Source: Acidobacteriota bacterium
Lineage (GTDB): Bacteria > Acidobacteriota > Thermoanaerobaculia > Multivoradales > JBCCEF01
Direction of reading: 5' to 3'
DNA: 64,000 bases
Assembly: GCA_039030395.1 (NCBI GenBank)
Contig: JBCCEF010000001.1
Coordinates: forward strand, 54,258 to 118,257
A program made the translations under genes and the position numbers. A model generated the notes under the pieces. The model had not been told where the DNA came from. It did not search any database and saw nothing but the letters and a program-made list of their open reading frames with translations. Each line of letters starts with the position of its first letter. Position 1 is the first letter of the stretch. Shown here one piece after another: positions 1 to 6,858 of the stretch.

Positions 1-176
1 CGGGACCGATCGAGCGGCGGCGGCAACCGCCGATCCCGAGGCAGACCGTTGAGCCCTGAACCGGGATCGCCCTTTCGATATAGTTTCAGCGTGTTCCGAC
101 CCATCGAGATCAAGCAAGCGCCCAAATCTGCCCATGGCCGGGACGGTCAGCCGCGATCCGCATCGCAGAGTCTCGG

Positions 177-1490
177 ATGACCGCACCTTCGACGACAGAC
201 CATCCGCGTTTCCTGCGGGACTTGATCGACGGTTCGGCCAGCCGTAACCAGCAGCGGCACGCCGTGCGCCATCTGGTGGCCGGCTGTTCCACCTGTGCTG
301 CCCAGCTCAAGGAGCATCTATTCCCGGCGAGGCCCTCGCGGCGGACCCTCTCGACGGCGATCGATCGGTCCGTCGACCATGCCCTCGGCCACGCGGCGCG
401 GTGGATCGTCGACGTGCAGCGCGAACGGGAAGAGGCCGAAGCCTCGGTCGCCGCCCTGCTCGAGCTACCGGCGGCCCACCAGGCCCTCAAGGTCACCAAC
501 CTGCGGCGGGCCCATCGTCAAGGGGTGTGCGAGGCCCTGATCGACCACGCCCGGAGCGAGCGCCACGAAAGCGCTGCGGAATCGCTGCGCTTCGCTCGCC
601 TCGCCACCGTGGTGGCGGAGCGGCTGGATCCGGAGACCTGCGGCGAGACCCGCGCCCGAGCGTGGGCGGAGTTCGGCAATGCCCTGCGCCTGCGCGGCGA
701 TCATCGCGAGTCCCGACGCGCCTTCGGGCAGGCGGAACGCATCCTGCGCGAGGAATGCGCCGACCCGCTGGTGGAAGCCGAGGTGGCCTCGCTCAAGGCG
801 ACCCTCGAAGGGATGGACCAACGTCCCGACCGAGCCGCCGCCCTGCTCGAACGGGCGGCTCGCCTCCAGTCGCGGTTTTCCGATCTTGCCGGCACCGCTC
901 ACACCCTGCTTCAGCTCAGCCAGATCTACGGCAACCAACTGGACGATACGGACCGCGGCATGAGGAGCGCCGTCGCGGCCCTGGAATTGAGCGAAGAGGC
1001 CGGGGACCGCGGCCTCAAGCTGATCGCCCTGCAGCACCTGATCCACTTCCTCGCGGCGGCCGGCCGGCCGCAAGAAGCCTTGCGACTTCTCGACCGGGCG
1101 ACACCGGTATTCGAGCTGGGCGCCCCTCTTCGGCACCGCCTCCGGTTGCGCTGGTTGGCCGGTCGGCTCCAGGCGGAAGTCGATGACCACCGCGCCGCCG
1201 CGGAGACCCTTCTTGCGGTGCGTGAGATCTTCTTGGAGCAGGATCTACCCTTCGAGGTCGCCCTCGTTTCCCTCGATCTCGCCGTGAGTTGGGCTCACCT
1301 CGGCCGCCGCCAGCGGCTCCGTCGGCTAGTGCGGGAGACGGCGGCGCTGCTGGCAAACCTGGGCCTCGAGCCGGAAAGCCTCGCCGCCGTACAGTTGCTC
1401 GCTCGCACCGAGGCGGAGGAGATCTACAGCGCCGCCTCCCAGATCGCGGCGGCGATCGAGGCTCTGCGGATCCAACATTCCCGCACCTAG
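177..1490 (+). CDS. Hypothetical regulatory protein. N-terminal zf-HC2-like Cys motif (HLVAGCSTCAA) is followed by a long helical, TPR-like repeat region. Possible anti-sigma or adaptor.
   Basis: Uninterrupted 437-aa ORF with codon usage consistent with its neighbours. H-x4-C-x2-C motif near the N-terminus resembles the zf-HC2 family of anti-sigma factors. The rest is Leu/Ala/Arg-rich helical repeats. No signal peptide. Confidence 0.5.
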   Translation: MTAPSTTDHPRFLRDLIDGSASRNQQRHAVRHLVAGCSTCAAQLKEHLFPARPSRRTLSTAIDRSVDHALGHAARWIVDVQREREEAEASVAALLELPAAHQALKVTNLRRAHRQGVCEALIDHARSERHESAAESLRFARLATVVAERLDPETCGETRARAWAEFGNALRLRGDHRESRRAFGQAERILREECADPLVEAEVASLKATLEGMDQRPDRAAALLERAARLQSRFSDLAGTAHTLLQLSQIYGNQLDDTDRGMRSAVAALELSEEAGDRGLKLIALQHLIHFLAAAGRPQEALRLLDRATPVFELGAPLRHRLRLRWLAGRLQAEVDDHRAAAETLLAVREIFLEQDLPFEVALVSLDLAVSWAHLGRRQRLRRLVRETAALLANLGLEPESLAAVQLLARTEAEEIYSAASQIAAAIEALRIQHSRT

Positions 1491-1512
1491 TCGGGTCGCA
1501 GGCTGCCCTTTC

Positions 1513-1890
1513 CTAGAGAGCTCTACGATTCCGGGGCACCACACCGTTCGGATCGATCAATGGTCCGTGTTGACCAGCCTCGCCGATGGAGTCGGGGACC
1601 ACCTCGCCGCGACGAATCGGCCGATCTCGCGAGGCGCTATCGGACCCTCTGTCCCTCGCGGTGAGCGCCCGCCCGTTGGGATCGATCAACGGGCCGTGTT
1701 GCCCGCGGCCGATCATCGGTCCCAACAGAGCCAACCCCCGCCGCAGCCAATCGGCCCAAAGCTCGCCCACCGAAACGGCACCCTGCCGCTCGGTCGCGTT
1801 TTCGATCGAAGGCCGCGGTTTCTCGGCCAGGGTGACGCCGGCGGGTAGAAAGAACAACGCAACGATCATCCAGCAAGCCAACTTCTTCAT
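1513..1890 (-). CDS. Small secreted protein (125 aa) containing a duplicated GQHGPLIDPNG motif.
   Basis: N-terminal signal peptide (MKKLACWMIVALFFLPAGVTLA). The ORF lies directly downstream of the metzincin gene on the same strand. Two copies of the peptide GQHGPLIDPNG are encoded by a roughly 30-nt DNA direct repeat. Confidence 0.4.
   Translation of the reverse strand: MKKLACWMIVALFFLPAGVTLAEKPRPSIENATERQGAVSVGELWADWLRRGLALLGPMIGRGQHGPLIDPNGRALTARDRGSDSASRDRPIRRGEVVPDSIGEAGQHGPLIDPNGVVPRNRRAL
1544..1704. repeat. Two copies of a ~32-nt direct repeat (ccgttcggatcgatcaatggtccgtgttgacc / ccgttgggatcgatcaacgggccgtgttgccc), about 130 nt apart.
   Basis: Read directly from the sequence at 1544-1575 and 1673-1704. 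Both copies fall inside the small secreted ORF and encode its GPLIDPNG repeats. Confidence 0.6.
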
Positions 1891-2069
1891 CTCATCCTCC
1901 AGAGTGGAAAAAGTACGGTCCCCGGCGTCCCCTATGGACGCGTGGCCGAACTTTGCACCCCAAAAGGTACAGCGGAACCTCCTTTCAGTGCGGATTCACC
2001 GGCATCAACCCACCGCTCCCCAGCCGCCCGGAGGAACGGAGCCCTGCGGGAGCTTCCGGTGTGGACTGA

Positions 2070-5000
2070 CTAGGGTGCGGGAAGGGCCGCGGTGTCGCCG
2101 CGGCTGGCAAAGGTGCGAGAAGGATTCTCGTACACCCGCTCGACGCCGGTTTCGGTGTCGAGCACGCGCAGGGTGAAGGCGACGTTCGAGAGGGAACCGT
2201 AGAACACCCAGAAGTGGCCATTGTCGGAACGGCCGTCGAGAATCTTGACCAGGAGTTCGACGTTGGAGTCGTCGAAAAACCAGAAGTAGCCGGTTTTGTC
2301 GGTCATCGGTACCGCCTGGCCAAGGCCCTGGCGCCCGCTGAAGTCCGTCCACTCCACCCGCACGTCGAACCGCCCACCGGACAGGGCGAGGGAGGGGGTG
2401 GGAGCCACCGTCGAGGGTTCCGGTGTCGCCGGCGAGACGACTTCGCCGCCGCCCCTGAAGGCTCGGGTGTCGCCGCGGCTGGCAAAGGTGCGGCCGGGAT
2501 TGTGATAGCTGCGAACCGCTCCGGTGAAGGTATCGGTCACTGTCAGGGTGAAGGCGACGTTCGATAGGGAGCCGAAGAACACCCAGTAGAAACCGTTGTC
2601 CGAGCGACCGTCCACCACCTTGACGGCCAGTTCGTGATGGTTCTGGCCGAAAAACCAGAAGGAACCGGTATCGGCGGTGATCGGCACCGCCCGTCCCCCT
2701 CCCCGCCGACCCTCGAAGTCCTGCCACACCACTTCCGCCCGAAAGCGGTCGCTCAGGCAAAGATGACGGGGCGAAGGTTCACAGCCGGTCGGCCGGCGCA
2801 GCACTGAGGTCCAGCGCGGCCGGTGGTCCTCCGCCTGGCCGGGCAGGGCGCCGGAGCTCGACAGCAGGTCCAAGCGGCCGTCGGCGTCCAGATCCGCCGC
2901 CGCCAGCGCCGAAGGGGTGGCCCCGGGGAATTCCGCCAGCCCGCTGACCACCTCCCGCCCGCGGATTCCCCCGGCACCGTCGCCGTAGGCCACGGTAAGC
3001 CGCGCGCCGGGCCTGCCGGGACCGTAGAAGGCGCCGGCACTCGCCACGTCGGCATGACCGTCGCCGTCGAAGTCGCCGCTGACCAAGGCATCCTGGGAGC
3101 TTTCCGGCACCCAGTAGCGAGCCATCGGCTCGAAGGATCCGTCGCCGGAACCGCGCAGCAGTTCAATCCAACTGCGAGTGAAGTTCGGCGGCGCGCCGGG
3201 CGCCGCTAGGCTGATGACCGCCAAGTCGAGACGGCCGTCTTGATCGAAGTCGGCGGCGGCGAGGCCTCGGCCGAGCTTCTCGGCGATGGCTCCGAGTGCC
3301 ACGCGATTCCACCCGAACCCCCCCACGCCGTCCCCGGCCATCAGCCAGAGGGCCGGGCCGTCGCCCTCCCGAACCCCCGGATCGCCGATGAACACCAGGT
3401 CGGCCCGGCCCTCGCCGGTGAAATCGCCGAGGAGCAGCCGCCGATGGGACATCCCCGCCAGGCGCGAGGCGCTCGGCAGAACATTCACCGTCGGCGGAAA
3501 ACTGCCCGCGCCATCGTTCAGCAGGGAGATCACCGAGGTGTCGACCTCCAACCCGGCCGCCGCGTCGCTGTAGCGCGCCAGCAGCACCAGATCGTCCAGG
3601 TTGTCGCCGTCGACCCGCCCGGCGGCGAGCGTGACCTCCGAGGCAAAGTTCTCGAGGTCTAGCTGGAACAGCACGACCCCGGTACTGAAACCGCCCCGAC
3701 CGTCGCCCAAGAAGCCCCGCACCGTGCCCTGGCTGTCGCTGGCGGCGGCGAAGTCCAGAAAGCGATCGACCTGTGGGTTCAGGTGAATGGCCTCCACCTG
3801 CGAAACGCCGGGAAAGGGAGCCACCGTGCGCGGCCGGTCGAACAAGCCACCACCGAGCCCACGGTAAAAAACCACATCGTTTCCGGTCTCACCGCCGATG
3901 GCGCCGGTCCGCCCTCCCACCAGGTCGAGGGTTCCATCGCCATCGAAATCGCCGTGGGCGACATCGAGCGGGCCGACCTGCCCGGAAAGCTCTTGATTGA
4001 TCACCGCCCAGGCCTGCGCCTCGACCATGAAGTCCAGTTCCGGCCGCAGCCCACCGGCTTGCACCGAGAACACCTCGGCGGTATCGAAGGCTTCGTGGAA
4101 GCCCTCGTCGTCGCCGCTCCACGCCTCCGCCGGACCGGGCAGAATGCGCGGCGGCGAGTAGGGACCCACCCGGCTACCGCCGGCGTGGAAGGCATCGATC
4201 TCACCGATGTGTAGCGTGTAGGGTGCGCTCGGCCGCAGTCCGCACAGACGGAAGCGGCCATCGGCGCCGAGGGAAACGGTGGACAGAGCGTCGTCCGGTT
4301 CGTCCCGGTGGGTGGCGATGACGTTGATGCCCGGCTGAGGCTCGCCGTCGAAAGTGGTGATCGATCCCTCGGCACAACCGGTGCTCGCCAGAAAATCCGC
4401 CGTCGGGTAGAGGCGCGACAGGGTCACTACGTCATCCCGCTCCAGGGTGGTCTGGCTGCCGTTCGGCTGGATGTACGGAAACATCGTTTCCACCGGACCG
4501 GTCAATCCCGGCAAGTCCGAGAACGGCGGGTAAGCCAGGCCGCGCACCTGCGTATGGCCGAGGCCCGCGAAGTGCCCCAACTCGTGCACCACGGCCGCCT
4601 CGAAGGCGGGCCGCGAGATCTCGAAATTGTCGTCATTCGGCGCCTGGGCGCCATCGATGAAACGGCCGTTCAGAAACACCGCCGCCTCCACCATCCGGGC
4701 ACCGGCCGGGGCCGTGCCGGAGAGCGGAATCGGCCCGGAGCCGTCGTCCACCCAGGTGGTGTTGGCAAAACCGACGATGCCCGTACCGACACCGAACAGC
4801 GCATCGAAAACCTCGCCGGAGCTGTCGAAGGCGACAACGTTTTCGCCGGCCGGCGTCGTCTGGCCGCTGAACGCCCCGAGATAGCGGGCGAAATTGCTCC
4901 GATCCACGTCCTCCGCCGTCGAACCGAGGCGCTCGAAGCGCAGGGTGGAGGTGGGCACCGCTTCCCAAACGCCGATCAGGTCCCGCACCAGGGCCACCGC

Positions 5001-5177
5001 CTGAACGTTGGACAAGCCCCCCAGGGAGCCACGATCCACGCGATAGGGCACCGGCAGCGAAGGATCCCACAGCACCGGCTGGCCGGCGGCGTCGTAGTGC
5101 GCGGCCTCGCCGCCGAAGGCGGTTGGAGAGCCGGCGATCAAAAGCAGCAGGGCGCAAACGCCGACAACCCTTTTCAT
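2070..5177 (-). CDS. Secreted zinc metalloprotease of the metzincin type (1035 aa) with FG-GAP/VCBS-like repeats and two tandem C-terminal beta-rich domains.
   Basis: Signal peptide MKRVVGVCALLLLIAGSPTAFG. Zinc-binding motif HELGHFAGLGH (HExxHxxGxxH) at aa 198-208, nt 4554-4586. Multiple DFDGDG/DLDADG Asp-rich repeats typical of FG-GAP/VCBS integrin-like beta-propeller blades. The last ~230 aa are a duplicated ~110-aa domain. Confidence 0.8.
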   Translation of the reverse strand: MKRVVGVCALLLLIAGSPTAFGGEAAHYDAAGQPVLWDPSLPVPYRVDRGSLGGLSNVQAVALVRDLIGVWEAVPTSTLRFERLGSTAEDVDRSNFARYLGAFSGQTTPAGENVVAFDSSGEVFDALFGVGTGIVGFANTTWVDDGSGPIPLSGTAPAGARMVEAAVFLNGRFIDGAQAPNDDNFEISRPAFEAAVVHELGHFAGLGHTQVRGLAYPPFSDLPGLTGPVETMFPYIQPNGSQTTLERDDVVTLSRLYPTADFLASTGCAEGSITTFDGEPQPGINVIATHRDEPDDALSTVSLGADGRFRLCGLRPSAPYTLHIGEIDAFHAGGSRVGPYSPPRILPGPAEAWSGDDEGFHEAFDTAEVFSVQAGGLRPELDFMVEAQAWAVINQELSGQVGPLDVAHGDFDGDGTLDLVGGRTGAIGGETGNDVVFYRGLGGGLFDRPRTVAPFPGVSQVEAIHLNPQVDRFLDFAAASDSQGTVRGFLGDGRGGFSTGVVLFQLDLENFASEVTLAAGRVDGDNLDDLVLLARYSDAAAGLEVDTSVISLLNDGAGSFPPTVNVLPSASRLAGMSHRRLLLGDFTGEGRADLVFIGDPGVREGDGPALWLMAGDGVGGFGWNRVALGAIAEKLGRGLAAADFDQDGRLDLAVISLAAPGAPPNFTRSWIELLRGSGDGSFEPMARYWVPESSQDALVSGDFDGDGHADVASAGAFYGPGRPGARLTVAYGDGAGGIRGREVVSGLAEFPGATPSALAAADLDADGRLDLLSSSGALPGQAEDHRPRWTSVLRRPTGCEPSPRHLCLSDRFRAEVVWQDFEGRRGGGRAVPITADTGSFWFFGQNHHELAVKVVDGRSDNGFYWVFFGSLSNVAFTLTVTDTFTGAVRSYHNPGRTFASRGDTRAFRGGGEVVSPATPEPSTVAPTPSLALSGGRFDVRVEWTDFSGRQGLGQAVPMTDKTGYFWFFDDSNVELLVKILDGRSDNGHFWVFYGSLSNVAFTLRVLDTETGVERVYENPSRTFASRGDTAALPAP
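2073..2780 (-). repeat. Tandem duplication of a ~110-aa C-terminal domain within the metzincin. The two copies are separated by a PEPSTVAPTP linker.
   Basis: The two copies align with high identity. Shared blocks include VxWxDFxGRxGxGxAVP, TG(Y/S)FWFF, ELxVKxxDGRSDNG(H/F)(F/Y)WVF(Y/F)GSLSNVAFTLxV, and NP(S/G)RTFASRGDT. Confidence 0.7.
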
Positions 5178-5788
5178 TGCGAGCCCTCCGCCAGAACGAT
5201 ACGGCGCAGGCCGGCATAGTCCAGGCCGGCCGCTCCCGGTATCGATGCGGCCGGAGCGTACACACTCCCCCGGCGGACGGCGTCGGCGGCTTCGCCGACC
5301 CCTTTCCAGCGCAGGCCGTGGCCCGTCGCCACCGGCTGGAGGAGCTCGCCTTCCAAGGCGAAAACCCCCTCGGCCGCGCCGGCCGGCGAGGTGAGTCCAG
5401 CGCTGCTATGCGGCAGCAGGAACAGCACGTACTCCTCGCCGAGGCGGTAGACCGGCAGGCCCACTCGCCGCCCGAGATCTTGCGGTCCACCGTCGCGGCG
5501 GCCGATCTGACGAAACTCGACCCGCTCTCCGCTCACTCCTTTGAGCCCATCGATCACCGCGAAGACATAAGCCGTCGCCGGTAGCCGCCCACCGCCCAGC
5601 TCGACCGTCGTATCCCGAACCTCGATGCAGCGGCCGCGAAACACCTGACCGGCCGCTCGCGTGTAGGAAACGATGGTTTCCGACGCCGCCAAGTCTTCCG
5701 GCGCGGGCGCCGCCACGGTCGGCATCGCCCCGGCGAGGAAGAGGCCGAGGGCGAGGGTGCGAAGGAAGGGGTGTGAAGAGCGAAACAT
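5174..5788 (-). CDS. Secreted hypothetical protein (~204 aa) whose stop overlaps the metzincin start.
   Basis: Internal Met gives a signal peptide (MFRSSHPFLRTLALGLFLAGAMPTVAAPAP). The longer ORF to 5836 has no better start. The 4-nt overlap with the downstream metzincin start suggests translational coupling. Confidence 0.5.
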   Translation of the reverse strand: MFRSSHPFLRTLALGLFLAGAMPTVAAPAPEDLAASETIVSYTRAAGQVFRGRCIEVRDTTVELGGGRLPATAYVFAVIDGLKGVSGERVEFRQIGRRDGGPQDLGRRVGLPVYRLGEEYVLFLLPHSSAGLTSPAGAAEGVFALEGELLQPVATGHGLRWKGVGEAADAVRRGSVYAPAASIPGAAGLDYAGLRRIVLAEGSQ

Positions 5789-5875
5789 GAATGCAAAGAA
5801 GGCGATTTCAGTACGGGGTCGATCCGGACGAGGCAACCGGCTCCGGGAACGGGGAACCGAAATTTTGGCGATCGG

Positions 5876-6256
5876 TCAGGCCAGCCAACGGCCGATCTGG
5901 GCGCCCGCGATGACGGCGGCGAGACCGACCGTCACTTGCAGTCCAACATTTCCGGCGGCCGCGGAGATTCCGCCGCCTCGGGCCAGTTCCCAGGTCTCCA
6001 GACCGAAGGTCGAGAAGGTGGTGAAGGATCCGAGAACCCCCACCACCAGAAACGCCCGGCTCTCCGGCGACAGAACCTGCCGCCCCTCGGCCCAACCGGC
6101 GACCATTCCAATCACCAGACAACCGACGCCGTTGACCACCGCAGTACCCCAGGGAAAGGCCGAATCGCTCAACCGCTGGATCCAGCCGGCGCAGGCCCAG
6201 CGGGCGATCGCCCCGCAGAATCCGCCCAGCCCGATCCACAGCAGGTTCTTCACCAT
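5876..6256 (-). CDS. crcB: Fluoride ion channel CrcB/FluC (126 aa).
   Basis: Small four-TM protein carrying the hallmark GxxGAxxR and LGSFTTFSTF motifs of the CrcB family. Confidence 0.85.
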   Translation of the reverse strand: MVKNLLWIGLGGFCGAIARWACAGWIQRLSDSAFPWGTAVVNGVGCLVIGMVAGWAEGRQVLSPESRAFLVVGVLGSFTTFSTFGLETWELARGGGISAAAGNVGLQVTVGLAAVIAGAQIGRWLA

Positions 6257-6330
6257 GGCCTGATCATCAGGGGCAGCAAGCAGGGTTACCGGGGGCCATC
6301 GACGGATTATACGAGGCGGTCTTCTCAGGC
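6257..6330 (-). ncRNA. Candidate fluoride riboswitch (crcB RNA motif) in the leader of crcB.
   Basis: Leader RNA reads ...CCGUCGAUGGCCCCCGGUAACCCUGCUUGCUGCCCCUGAUGAUCAGGCCAUGG. It contains a GAUGGCC loop, a UAACC(C)UGC segment resembling AAACNGCC, a conserved CUGAUGA box, and a 3' GGCCAU that can pseudoknot with the loop AUGGCC. The 3' pseudoknot strand overlaps the AUG. Placement directly upstream of crcB supports the call. The fit to the consensus is imperfect. Confidence 0.4.
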
Positions 6331-6380
6331 GGCCGCTCGGCGGGCGCAGATCCCTAGATTCGAGGATCTACGCCAAATCG

Positions 6381-6420
6381 TTGACATCAAAACTACTCCG
6401 GTAGTACTATCTCGGTAGTT
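6381..6420 (+). promoter_or_regulatory. Putative sigma70-like promoter and BlaI-type operator upstream of the blaI-like gene.
   Basis: Perfect -35 TTGACA at 6381-6386. 18-nt spacer, then TACTAT at 6405-6410. The palindrome TAGTACTA at 6402-6409 and the direct repeats CGGTAGTACT / CGGTAGTTCA overlap the -10, as expected for an autoregulated winged-helix repressor. RBS GGAGA lies 7 nt before the ATG at 6442. Confidence 0.4.
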
Positions 6421-6441
6421 CACAGCCCCGAGGAGACCATC

Positions 6442-6858
6442 ATGAACCCATCCGACCCACCGAATGCCCCGACGACCCATCACCTCGGCGATCTCCAGCT
6501 CGCCATTATGCACGTGCTGTGGGATCACGAGGAGGCCACCGTCGCTCAGGTCCATCAGGCCCTGGCGGAAGACCGGGGTCTCGCCCTGACCACCATCGCC
6601 ACGATGCTGAACAAGATGGAGGTCAAGGGCGTAGTCACCCATAGAACCGAAGGCCGCCGCTTCGTCTACCGACCGGTGATCAGCGAACGGGACGTGCGCC
6701 GGGCGATGCTCGGCGACCTCACGGACCGACTGTTTGCCGGAGACGTGACGGCGGTGGTGAGCCACCTACTCGCCGAGCGCGAAGTCGACCCGCAAGAACT
6801 TTCTCAACTCCGCGCCATGATCGAGCGCTTCGACCGAGAGGAGAACGGCCGTGATTGA
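6442..6858 (+). CDS. BlaI/MecI/CopY-family transcriptional repressor (138 aa).
   Basis: N-terminal winged-helix block typical of penicillinase repressors (LGDLQLAIMHVLWDHEEATVAQVHQAL...TTIATMLNKMEVKGVV...R.GRRFVYRPV). C-terminal dimerisation helix. Its stop overlaps the start of the downstream M56 gene. Confidence 0.85.
   Translation: MNPSDPPNAPTTHHLGDLQLAIMHVLWDHEEATVAQVHQALAEDRGLALTTIATMLNKMEVKGVVTHRTEGRRFVYRPVISERDVRRAMLGDLTDRLFAGDVTAVVSHLLAEREVDPQELSQLRAMIERFDREENGRD

Noticed and set aside
401-1190. 261-aa plus-strand and 241-aa minus-strand ORFs overlapping gene 177-1490
   Set aside because: They are alternative frames of a GC-rich gene with Arg/Pro/Gly-rich products. The 177-1490 frame has a structured helical-repeat protein.
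5174-5836. Full 220-aa ORF including the N-terminal MPRPDRPRTEIAFFAF extension
   Set aside because: The internal Met at 5788 gives a canonical signal peptide. The extension is unlikely.
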